Below, piece by piece: positions 1 to 11,929 of a stretch of 36,986 bases of DNA. The DNA is from Candidatus Omnitrophota bacterium. GTDB lineage: Bacteria > Omnitrophota > Gorgyraeia > Zapsychrales > Fredricksoniimonadaceae. A program made the position numbers and the translations under genes. Numbering within the stretch: the first letter of the stretch is position 1; each line of letters begins with the position of its first letter. A model generated the notes under the pieces. That model had not been told where the DNA came from, did no database searches, and saw only the letters and a list, made by a program, of their open reading frames with translations. The DNA is taken from NCBI GenBank assembly GCA_013335325.1, contig JAAXVU010000002.1:1-36986 (forward strand), read 5' to 3'.

Positions 1-264
1 GCCTCCGGAGGAGGCCAGGGTGCGGTGGAGTGTGGCCAGCTCTGTCCCGAGACAGGATCCGCCTGTCCGGGATCACGTCGGCAAATGCAGGCATTTGCCG
101 CACGACCCCTTCGGGGCAAATTTTGCTATTGCAACATTTGGGTTAATTCAGGATCCCGTTAAGTCATGGAGGGGATCCTCTCCGAAAACCATGCATCCCT
201 GTCCTAATGGACATGGTTTTCTGGCTACAGGATAACCGCCGGAAAATACAACCATCCGACAGCA

Positions 265-1482
265 ATGCGGCCGGCGAACACGCCGCCAACACTGTACCCA
301 TCTCCTTTGACTGACAGGACTTTATCCAATACAATGTTTTGCATGTTGACAGCCCTGCTGCTCCTTATTTTCATCCGGCCCTTCATCTGCTCGCTGTCTT
401 TTCCTGACCTTAATTTTGTCTACTTGATGGTCCTGGTCAGCGTACTGTCATCCTGGGTAGGGATCAAAGGCCTCTCGACCAAAGGCCCCAGAGCCACGGC
501 GGCCTGGCTGGCAGTGCTTGCCGTACTGGCCTATTCTATTTTTCTATCCGACGCCAACGCCTCAGCCATCGAGAAGTTACTGCAGCACATTGCCGAGATC
601 ATGCTGCTCCTGGTCTGCCGGTCGATGTCGCGCCAGGATACAGACAGGCTGATCCGTACACTTGTCGCCGCCGGACTTCTGGTAGCCTTGATGGGGATTT
701 ACCAATACCTCTTTGTGTTACCCCGCACTCTCGCGACACATCCCGTCGACAGCCTGGCCCCTTCCATGACGCTGGACTACATCCGCCAAAAACGCGTCAA
801 CTATCCTCTGCTGACCCCCAACGTGCTCGGCAGTTATCTGATCATGCTCTTCCCGCTGGCCTTCGCCTTACGAAAAAGACCTCTAATTATTGCCACCCCG
901 CTACTCGTTACGTTACTACTCACCCAGTCGCTAGGGGCATTGGGCAGCATGTTGGTTGCGCTGCTCATCTATTATTCCTCGCTAGGAAAGTTGACCCGCC
1001 TGTCCATGCTGCTTTTATTCGGGGCTGGCGCGGCCATCCTGGTTCTCTACCACCTGCGAGCCGCCACCGACAGTCAGTGTTTTCAGCCTATCTTCTCCTC
1101 CGCAATGAGATTAAGTTACTGGCAGCAGACTTGGCAGATTATCCAGGCGCATCCGTGGACCGGCATCGGGATGGGCAACTTCGATCTTTACAACTCGCGC
1201 TACAGCCACAATGCCTGTCTGCAGATCTGGGCGGAGACCGGAATATTCGGTTTGGCGGCCTTCCTGGGCGCGAGCCTGGGGATCCTGAAGACCGGCTGGG
1301 ACAGCGTGCGTCACGCCGGAGACAAGACCGCTGCCGCACTCCTCTGCGCAGCCAGCGCCTTCTTCCTTCACAACCTGGTGGATTTTACCTTCTTCTTGCC
1401 GGAGACCAGTCTGATCTGGTTCGCCATTCTAGGTATTTTATGGAACCGCGGCGTCGAACCGGGTCACCGTGCGGATCGCTGA
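265..1482 (+). CDS. O-antigen ligase / O-antigen polymerase family (Wzy_C-type) polytopic membrane protein
   Basis: 405-aa ORF with about 10 hydrophobic helices. The motif SHNACLQIWAETGIFGLAAFL resembles the conserved His...E-x-G loop/helix of the WaaL/Wzy_C family. The first 23 aa are not hydrophobic, so the ATG at 334 (MFCMLTALLLL) is an alternative start. Confidence 0.6.
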   Translation: MRPANTPPTLYPSPLTDRTLSNTMFCMLTALLLLIFIRPFICSLSFPDLNFVYLMVLVSVLSSWVGIKGLSTKGPRATAAWLAVLAVLAYSIFLSDANASAIEKLLQHIAEIMLLLVCRSMSRQDTDRLIRTLVAAGLLVALMGIYQYLFVLPRTLATHPVDSLAPSMTLDYIRQKRVNYPLLTPNVLGSYLIMLFPLAFALRKRPLIIATPLLVTLLLTQSLGALGSMLVALLIYYSSLGKLTRLSMLLLFGAGAAILVLYHLRAATDSQCFQPIFSSAMRLSYWQQTWQIIQAHPWTGIGMGNFDLYNSRYSHNACLQIWAETGIFGLAAFLGASLGILKTGWDSVRHAGDKTAAALLCAASAFFLHNLVDFTFFLPETSLIWFAILGILWNRGVEPGHRADR

Positions 1483-2429
1483 CGCCGGCCGCGTTCTCGC
1501 CAAGCGGTGAGCAATTCATTACGTTTGGAAAGAAACAACTGCAGGACCCGCGGCCTCACGAGCAACAGGTAGAGCCACGACAAGAGATCGTAGAACAGGG
1601 CCGGCAGAGCATGGATCAGGAAGCCCTGCCAACTTTCATTCTTGATGATCATCAAGTAACGATTCCGCACAAGGTCGGCCGTGACCTCATCGCTTAAATA
1701 TTTCCTGGCCCAGCCTTTTCCCGCGCCGCCCGTGGTGCGGACCGTGCCGCCCCGGATATGCAAGGCCACGGCCGTCGGAACATAAACGGCCTGCCAGCCG
1801 GATCGGTTGGCCCGCCAGGCGAGGTCCATATCTTCGTAGAACATGCCGAAACGTGCGTCGAACCAGCCGTGACTGTCCCGTATGTCGTCCAGCGTTTCTC
1901 GGCGATACAAGGCGGCGACACCGCTTACGCCGAAAATAAACTCTTTTTTGTCGAACTGTCCGCGGTCGGTCACTCCGTAACCACGCTCCCGGGCTGTCCG
2001 CATCCAGGTCAAAAAAAGTCCGGAGCTGTCTAGAGTTTTGCCATCCATCCTGAGTATCTTGCCGTTGACCATGCCGACCTTACAGCCCATTTCAAAACCA
2101 TTCAGGGCTTGAGCGATAAAGGACGGGTCCAAGACAACGTCGTCGTTAAGACACAAGACAAACTCGCCGGAACTCAATTCAATACCCTTGTTCATCCCGC
2201 CAGCATACAAAAGATTGTTCAAAGGGACATGCACATGGACGCCTGGGAACAGCCCGCGTATTTGTCGGCCCGCTGAACGATCCGAAGAATTGTCCACCAG
2301 GATGATCTCAACAGGAGCATACGTCTGGCTTAAGAGCGACCTCACGCAAGCCAGGAAATAATTCTGCCTGCCGCAAGTCGGGATAACCACGCTGACCGTA
2401 GAATTCATTTGTTTTTTACGCCGGATCAT
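1464..2429 (-). CDS. Family 2 glycosyltransferase (rhamnosyltransferase-like)
   Basis: 321-aa ORF. The N-terminus VSVVIPTCGRQNYFLACVRSLLSQTY and the LNDDVVL (DxD-like) motif are typical of GT2 enzymes. Its 3' end overlaps the convergent ligase-like gene by 19 nt. The ATG at 2408 (MNSTVSV) is an alternative start. Confidence 0.75.
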   Translation of the reverse strand: MIRRKKQMNSTVSVVIPTCGRQNYFLACVRSLLSQTYAPVEIILVDNSSDRSAGRQIRGLFPGVHVHVPLNNLLYAGGMNKGIELSSGEFVLCLNDDVVLDPSFIAQALNGFEMGCKVGMVNGKILRMDGKTLDSSGLFLTWMRTARERGYGVTDRGQFDKKEFIFGVSGVAALYRRETLDDIRDSHGWFDARFGMFYEDMDLAWRANRSGWQAVYVPTAVALHIRGGTVRTTGGAGKGWARKYLSDEVTADLVRNRYLMIIKNESWQGFLIHALPALFYDLLSWLYLLLVRPRVLQLFLSKRNELLTAWRERGRRQRSAR

Positions 2430-2484
2430 TGTGAATTTGCATCCGCCAGCGTTGCCTAGTAAAGGTTAAGGTTAAACTTCTACC

Positions 2485-3639
2485 CTAAGATCTGGTCTTG
2501 GGGAAGAAGGCATTCGTATCACCATAATGACCAAACCACATTGAAAAATATACGACCATAACAACGATCAACCAGCCTGCCATAAACTTCCCCAGCTGGG
2601 CATCGATTCTAAACATTCTTAGGAGCCCGATAAAAGCAAATACTGTCAAAGGCAAGGGATGAAGTTGACCGTTAAAGAAGGATGGTCCGTAATTAACCAA
2701 ATTATTAAGAAAGTTACCAACACTTACACTTGCCCCATAATCAGTCCAATGATGCGCCAAAGAGTAAACAGTTCCAATGATCAATGATGGCGACAAGGTC
2801 AAGACTAAATATACCAAGGCGTCTTTAAAAGGCAACCCGCTCCGATGCTGTTGAGGTATATACAATCTCCCTCCCCAAAGAAATAGCGCAAATAAAAATA
2901 TTGTTTCACCACGTACCAAAATAGCGTATGTCCAGAAAAACCAAGCTAACCAAAAGGTTTTACTGTTTGGGTACCGATAAAACAAGAATGAAAAGGCCAT
3001 GGCCCAAATAATAAAGAATAATGCTGCAGAATGGGACTCGCCAGTCGCTGCCCAGAATAATCGTGCTGGCACAAAAGCAAAAAGTGTAGTTGCGATGAAA
3101 GCCACCCTATTGGAGGATGTGGCCCACGCAGTTAAAAGAAAAAAACCTAAAGTTGATGCTAAAGCCAAGAACTGAGACAAATGAATACTGACGTAATTAT
3201 CCAGTCCTCTGAAAATAAATCCCAAATAGATTAAAAAAACCCAGCCAAAAGATTTCTGAAGATCACCCCAATTACCGTGAAGCATTATATTTTTCGCTGC
3301 GGCCTGATACATGGCCTCATCGGTATAAGATACGTGCTTCGGAGAAATAAGAAATATAAATGCAGCAATTTGCATCAGGACAAGCCAAAAAACGCCCCAC
3401 CAATAAATACATGGGATTACCTTCAACCGGCTACTTACATCTTCCCTGCACCTAATAAAAGCAACAATAATGCATATCAGACAAAAAGCTACAAGGGAAA
3501 CCCTGCAAAAGGATGAAATTTGTTGCAGTAAAGGTAGGATATACGTTCTCCTAACAAATGATTTTATCAATAGATTAAATAATAAAATCAATTTTGCAAT
3601 AACAAATTCAATACAACTCTGAGAATCACTTCCCGCCAT
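2485..3639 (-). CDS. GT-C fold glycosyltransferase (GT39/GT83, ArnT/PMT-like) membrane protein
   Basis: Polytopic membrane ORF with a first-loop motif YTDEAMYQAAAKNIMLHGNWG, the D-E-x-x-Y...G-x-W signature of the ArnT/PMT family. The track ORF extends to 3804, but that extension is non-hydrophobic and overlaps tnpA. I place the start at the ATG at 3639 (MAGSDSQ). Confidence 0.6.
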   Translation of the reverse strand: MAGSDSQSCIEFVIAKLILLFNLLIKSFVRRTYILPLLQQISSFCRVSLVAFCLICIIVAFIRCREDVSSRLKVIPCIYWWGVFWLVLMQIAAFIFLISPKHVSYTDEAMYQAAAKNIMLHGNWGDLQKSFGWVFLIYLGFIFRGLDNYVSIHLSQFLALASTLGFFLLTAWATSSNRVAFIATTLFAFVPARLFWAATGESHSAALFFIIWAMAFSFLFYRYPNSKTFWLAWFFWTYAILVRGETIFLFALFLWGGRLYIPQQHRSGLPFKDALVYLVLTLSPSLIIGTVYSLAHHWTDYGASVSVGNFLNNLVNYGPSFFNGQLHPLPLTVFAFIGLLRMFRIDAQLGKFMAGWLIVVMVVYFSMWFGHYGDTNAFFPKTRS

Positions 3640-3731
3640 TGTTAAAAAGGCTTTGTTTATTATCGCGAAAAATCCACCCGCCGTAAAACCGGGGATGAAG
3701 CGACTCCGAGGTCGTGCGATGCCGTGGAAGA

Positions 3732-4169
3732 ATGCTCGGCATGAAATACAGCCGACAAGAGCACGCGGTCTACTACACGCGCTATCACATTGTGATTTGC
3801 GCACGATACCGGAGAAAAGTTTTGCGCGGAGCTATGGGCGAGTATGCGAAGCTATGCGTAAAAGAAATTTCGCGTCGGTATCCAGAAATACTCATCGATG
3901 AAGTGAACACCTATGAGGACGACATGCACCTTTTGATAAGCATCCCACCGAAGATGGCGGTAAGCTGGGTGGTGAACGTGCTTAAATCGAATACAGGGCG
4001 GCTTATGCGAGAAAAGTTCGCGTTTTTGAGCAAACTGTACCCAAGAAAGGATGGGCTGTGGTCAACCGGATATTTTGTCTCAACGGTCGGGGCCGACGAA
4101 CAAGCGGTGCGACGGCACATCGAGTCCCAAGGGCGCGAAGACCGAGGACAAGCGCAGCTTGAATTTTAG
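3732..4169 (+). CDS. tnpA: IS200/IS605-family Y1 (HUH-type) transposase TnpA
   Basis: YHIVICARYRRKVL, DDMHLLISIPPK and LWSTGYFVSTVG align with the IS200 TnpA blocks YHIVFxxKYRR, DH(I/V)HLLxxIPPK and GY(Y/F)xxTVG. The length of about 145 aa fits. The ATG at 3741 is an alternative start. Confidence 0.85.
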   Translation: MLGMKYSRQEHAVYYTRYHIVICARYRRKVLRGAMGEYAKLCVKEISRRYPEILIDEVNTYEDDMHLLISIPPKMAVSWVVNVLKSNTGRLMREKFAFLSKLYPRKDGLWSTGYFVSTVGADEQAVRRHIESQGREDRGQAQLEF

Positions 4170-4183
4170 CCAATAAAAAGATG

Positions 4184-4203
4184 CCCCGGCCGTGAGGCCG
4201 GGG
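4184..4203 (+). terminator. GC-rich hairpin downstream of tnpA (terminator and/or IS right-end hairpin)
   Basis: ccccggcc-gtga-ggccgggg forms an 8-bp perfect stem with a GTGA loop, 15 nt after the tnpA stop. It is followed by agtttcatt. Confidence 0.5.
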
Positions 4204-4240
4204 AGTTTCATTGATACAACTTGCTGCGTTTTAAGATGCC

Positions 4241-4286
4241 CAATAAAATAAAAAACCCGTCGAAGTATTTTCTACCTCGACGGGTT
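4241..4286 (-). terminator. Intrinsic terminator of the rrn operon
   Basis: On the minus strand there is a 10-bp stem (4254-4263 pairing with 4277-4286) with a 13-nt loop. It is followed by TTTTTATTTTATT and lies 11 nt after the 5S 3' end. Confidence 0.75.
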
Positions 4287-4296
4287 TGAAATAAAA

Positions 4297-4409
4297 CCGG
4301 TAACTATCTACTCTCCCACACCCAAAGGGTGCAGTACCATCGACCTCGCAGGGCTTAACTGCCGTATTCGGAATGGGAACGGGTGTTGCCCCTGCAGTAA
4401 AGTCACCGG
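4297..4409 (-). rRNA. rrf: 5S ribosomal RNA
   Basis: The reverse complement runs CCGGTGAC...GAACCCGTTCCCATTCCGAATACGGCAGTTAAGCCCTGCGAGGTCGATGGTACTGCACCC...TACCGG. It has terminal helix I complementarity, is about 113 nt long, and sits immediately downstream of the 23S. Confidence 0.9.
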
Positions 4410-4449
4410 AAAGCATTTCTGCCTTAACAAGTAAGGCGGAGAAATATTA

Positions 4450-7504
<3,055 letters not shown>

Positions 7505-7507
<3 letters not shown>

Positions 7508-7516
7508 CAAAGAGCA
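7505..7516 (-). promoter_or_regulatory. boxA-like antitermination element in the tRNA-23S spacer
   Basis: The minus strand reads TGCTCTTTGACA, matching 11 of 12 positions of the consensus TGCTCTTTAACA. Confidence 0.55.
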
Positions 7517-7579
7517 ATACTTCTTTAAATAACAAAGAAGTAATACAAATCTATCATCTTGTCCTTAACTCTAATTAGG

Positions 7580-7653
7580 TGGAGCTGAGGAGGATTGAAC
7601 TCCTGACCCCCTGCTTGCAAAGCAGGTGCTCTCCCAAACTGAGCTACAGCCCC
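7580..7653 (-). tRNA. tRNA-Ala (anticodon UGC)
   Basis: The reverse complement is GGGGCTGTAGCTCAGTTTGGGAGAGCACCTGCTTTGCAAGCAGGGGGTCAGGAGTTCAATCCTCCTCAGCTCCA. It has a cloverleaf, a G3:U70 identity pair and a TTCAATC T-loop. CCA is not fully encoded. Confidence 0.95.
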
Positions 7654-7748
7654 TTGATCTATCCGTTTGACATTAAAGTCAAAACTCAAAATTCTTCAAG
7701 AGGCATCGAAATTAACAGCCTCTCGGGTTCATTTTTCAGCATGAAAAA

Positions 7749-7825
7749 TGGTGGGCCCGAGTGGAATCGAACCACTGACCCCCGCGTTATCAGCACGGTG
7801 CTCTAGCCATCTGAGCTACGGGCCC
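7749..7825 (-). tRNA. tRNA-Ile (anticodon GAU)
   Basis: The reverse complement is GGGCCCGTAGCTCAGATGGCTAGAGCACCGTGCTGATAACGCGGGGGTCAGTGGTTCGATTCCACTCGGGCCCACCA. The anticodon loop is CTGATAA and the 3' CCA is encoded. Confidence 0.95.
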
Positions 7826-7852
7826 GAAAAACACTAGAGGTCAATAGAAAGA

Positions 7853-7908
7853 AATCAGTGGTCAGTGCTCTATAAGCATTTCTGGCCACAGAACACTGAC
7901 CACTGATT
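7853..7908 (-). other. 15-bp perfect hairpin in the 16S-tRNA-Ile spacer
   Basis: aatcagtggtcagtg (7853-7867) pairs with cactgaccactgatt (7894-7908) around a 26-nt loop. Confidence 0.6.
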
Positions 7909-8037
7909 AAAAAAAATTCAGCCAAGTTATTCCCAGGGGAGTCCCTGGAATGTTTCATTTGACGTCCTTGATGGACGGGTTATCGACGTAATTCAACGTC
8001 ATATTTCTACCAATCCCTTATAAAAAGGAAAAAATAG

Positions 8038-9585
<1,548 letters not shown>

Positions 9586-9624
9586 ACTTGGCTAAAAAAT
9601 ACAAATGGCTGATTAAGGACAAGA

Positions 9625-9636
9625 TGTCAAAGAACA
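9625..9636 (-). promoter_or_regulatory. boxA-like antitermination element in the rrn leader
   Basis: The minus strand reads TGTTCTTTGACA, matching 10 of 12 positions of TGCTCTTTAACA. It lies about 40 nt upstream of the 16S 5' end. Confidence 0.5.
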
Positions 9637-9667
9637 AGTGCTAAAAATCTCTCTCACAGAAGGTCAT

Positions 9668-9696
9668 AATTTACCAGACAGATTAAACGCTGTCAA
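9668..9696 (-). promoter_or_regulatory. Candidate rrn promoter P2 (sigma-70 type, with AT-rich UP-like element upstream)
   Basis: The minus strand has TTGACA (9691-9696), a 17-nt spacer and TAAATT (9668-9673). It is preceded by GTAAAAATAATTTTATAAAAATGC. Confidence 0.6.
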
Positions 9697-9859
9697 GCAT
9701 TTTTATAAAATTATTTTTACAACATTCGCATTAAGCAAACGAAATAAAAACAACAAATGCCCACGCCCCCACTGGTAAAGCCAAACAAAATTATTATTTG
9801 CTTATTGATCTTGCAATAACATTGAATGGACCCTGCGGCAGATAAAAAAGAACGAGGTA

Positions 9860-9888
9860 AAGATACATTAAATATTCTTCCTTGTCAA
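9860..9888 (-). promoter_or_regulatory. Candidate rrn promoter P1
   Basis: The minus strand has TTGACA (9883-9888), a 17-nt spacer and TATCTT (9860-9865). It starts directly after the stop codon of the PC4-like gene. Confidence 0.4.
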
Positions 9889-10122
9889 CTAAAGCATTTT
9901 ATTTTCTTTCAAGATCTTCTCAGCCTCGTCGAGGGCGGCGCGCAAGTCCGCCAAGAGATGAACATTAATCGTCACCCCCTTGGCGGTAGGCACCATATCA
10001 TTGGCCCCCTGGGTCATTGTCCAAGTCCGGATATCAATCAAATCATTACCCTTAAACTCCCGAATTCCCACTCGAATTTCCTGAAATTTATTCTTTGAGA
10101 AAACCGATATTGTCTTGTCCAT
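9889..10122 (-). CDS. PC4/YdbC-like single-stranded-DNA-binding (transcriptional coactivator p15 family) protein
   Basis: MDKTISVFSKNKFQEIRVGIREFKGNDLIDIRTWT...PTAKGVTINV matches the bacterial PC4-like pattern (E-I-R-V...F-K-G...ID-IR-x-W...PTKKGI). GAGGTG lies 8 nt upstream of the ATG at 10122. The track start at 10149 is probably an over-extension. Confidence 0.65.
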   Translation of the reverse strand: MDKTISVFSKNKFQEIRVGIREFKGNDLIDIRTWTMTQGANDMVPTAKGVTINVHLLADLRAALDEAEKILKENKML

Positions 10123-10268
10123 GCCCTGTGCACCTCGCCCTTGCGGCAATTAGTCAGAAGTCCTGTTAATTTAAATCAACAAGTCACATATTAAATTTTA
10201 ATATGTTTATATATAATAAATCAAGCTCTACAATATATATTATAATAAATATATAATTATTAACTAAC

Positions 10269-10670
10269 TCAAATTTTGGTAAAACGATTGTCCATCTCGC
10301 CAAATATCATTCTCGCCACTATTCGCCTTGCCTGAGAACTCCTAGAAGCGACCTCAACCCTCACCCCTTTATCAATTGCGGAGAAAAACAGCCCGACCTC
10401 AGTAGTGTCAACCACGCCAGGCACCCCCATAAGCACCAGCACGAAACGCCTTTCATCCTTCATAAAAACCTGCAGCTTCTTATCCTCAGCAATGTAAATT
10501 GCCGCAGAAAAACACTTATCTAATTCACAATTATAAGATTGGTAAATGGACTGTCCTCGAACATCCTCAATATCCCGCATCGAAAAACCAATTATATTTC
10601 TCGGCGCATCCACCACAGCCGCGCAACCGCAAACCATGAAAGCCACAAGAACCACCCAAATTCTTTTCAT
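10269..10670 (-). CDS. Lipoprotein of unknown function
   Basis: MKRIWVVLVAFMVCGC is a signal peptide with a lipobox-like M-V-C-G-C (two adjacent candidate Cys). GGAG lies 8 nt upstream of the ATG at 10670. I recognise no family. Confidence 0.55.
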   Translation of the reverse strand: MKRIWVVLVAFMVCGCAAVVDAPRNIIGFSMRDIEDVRGQSIYQSYNCELDKCFSAAIYIAEDKKLQVFMKDERRFVLVLMGVPGVVDTTEVGLFFSAIDKGVRVEVASRSSQARRIVARMIFGEMDNRFTKI

Positions 10671-10730
10671 AATTACATCTCCAATATCACAATAGACCGA
10701 ACAGACATCCGCAGGCACACATGAAAACAC

Positions 10731-11912
10731 CTAAATAACACCTTCCACATCGCCAACCCTGGCCCTTTCCAGCCTCGAGCGAAACACATCGCCAACCTGC
10801 TCAACCACATCACCGTCGACCCCATCCTTATTGACCTTAAAGCTAGCAAGTCTTTCTCGCCGAATCAATTCAGCGTTCAACCGCTTAAGATCCTCCACGC
10901 TATTACCGAGATCAACATAGCGAGACTGCAATTCCTTGTTCGCCAAACGCATTTCGCCTACCTGCCGAACCATATCCTCCACCTGTTTACGCGCATTTTC
11001 TGAGACACGCTCCATGCCAACCGCCTGCGCCCGGCTTTTGGTCAATTCATATTGCAAGAAGACATTCTTTTCTAACTGAATAGCGCACCGCGCTTCCGCC
11101 TCTCTTGCTTCGGCCGCCAGCCGATCTCTATCTTCGCGAAACATTTCCGCAGCCTTACGCAAACTAGTTAATTCCTCAACCAAAGGAACCCTGCCGCCCA
11201 TTCCCTCCGCCCCGCCGAGAACAGGAGAATTTTCATGCTCGCTTTCACCGCCAGCAGTCACTTCGCCCATTCCTGCATCAAGGGCAGACGCCTGACGCCG
11301 AGCTAATTCTTCGCGCAACAACTCCACTTCTTGCCGTTTAGCATGCAATTCCTCCACCAAAGAAACCTTTTCCGCTTCCAAAGAAGCAATCAAATTATCG
11401 CTATCCAACTTCACAGAGCCTGCCCTTGCCAGAGAAGCATTTTCGGCACGCAAATTCTCCGCCTGCTCACGCAGTTTATTGATCACCTCAATAGCATTCC
11501 TAGCCTGAATTACCGCCTTCTCTCTTATAAGCCTTACCTCTTCCTTTAATGTACGCAATTCATCTTCACGCGCAAGATCAGGCTTAGCAGCCATGGCGGT
11601 TTTCTCCATAGACAGCTCACTGGCCGCAAACTGCACATTATCCGTAGCAGCGACCACGCCAGGGATCGCACTGACCGGCCTCTCCCCGACATTTGACCCT
11701 ACCTCATGCGACACTACACCCTCTCCAGGAGCACTACCTGAAAGTAGTTCGTCTTTATGCACATGCTTCTTATTAAAAGAACTTAAGTCTTCAATAGGGA
11801 CCACCATATCCTCTTGCGCTTTTTCCGCCTCAACTCGCGCCGAATACACCATCCAGGCCACCACCCCAAAAGCAGCCAAGACAACCCCAATTAACAAATA
11901 AATAAGTAACAT
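10731..11912 (-). CDS. N-terminally membrane-anchored coiled-coil protein of unknown function
   Basis: It has a TM helix MLLIYLLIGVVLAAFGVVAWMVY, then about 370 aa rich in E/R/K/L/A heptad-like stretches (LRTLKEEVRLIREKA, VELLREELARRQ, and others). A strong SD AAGGAGG lies 6 nt upstream of the ATG. Confidence 0.6.
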   Translation of the reverse strand: MLLIYLLIGVVLAAFGVVAWMVYSARVEAEKAQEDMVVPIEDLSSFNKKHVHKDELLSGSAPGEGVVSHEVGSNVGERPVSAIPGVVAATDNVQFAASELSMEKTAMAAKPDLAREDELRTLKEEVRLIREKAVIQARNAIEVINKLREQAENLRAENASLARAGSVKLDSDNLIASLEAEKVSLVEELHAKRQEVELLREELARRQASALDAGMGEVTAGGESEHENSPVLGGAEGMGGRVPLVEELTSLRKAAEMFREDRDRLAAEAREAEARCAIQLEKNVFLQYELTKSRAQAVGMERVSENARKQVEDMVRQVGEMRLANKELQSRYVDLGNSVEDLKRLNAELIRRERLASFKVNKDGVDGDVVEQVGDVFRSRLERARVGDVEGVI

Positions 11913-11929
11913 ATAAAGCCTCCTTTAAA

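Larger units (their letters stand above)
3640..4210 (+). mobile_element. IS200-like element (IS200/IS605 family, tnpA only); boundaries not determined
   Basis: Single Y1-transposase gene followed by a GC-rich subterminal hairpin at 4184-4203. No tnpB is present. The ends cannot be defined without a second copy or an empty site. Confidence 0.5.

Noticed and set aside
1-235. Identification of the stem-loop array as RNase P RNA, tmRNA, SRP RNA or a cobalamin riboswitch.
   Set aside because: I compared it from memory with the conserved cores: GGAAAGTCCGG/ACAGAA-CCGGCTTA, the tRNA-like TTCGA end, GGAA-capped SRP helix 8, and the B12 box. None matches, so the element remains unassigned.
3640-3804. 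N-terminal extensions of track ORFs. They are 2485-3804, 10269-10730, 20012-21367, 22629-23438, 23654-25117 and 25036-25974.
   Set aside because: The extensions lack family similarity. They overlap neighbouring genes or lack an SD. Internal ATGs with SD sequences or ATGA coupling give the canonical protein N-termini.
10212-10250. Direct repeats tataataaat in the AT-rich spacer, considered as a possible mini-array or iteron.
   Set aside because: There are only two copies, in very low-complexity AT sequence, so chance is plausible. They are kept only as a detail of the regulatory-region finding.
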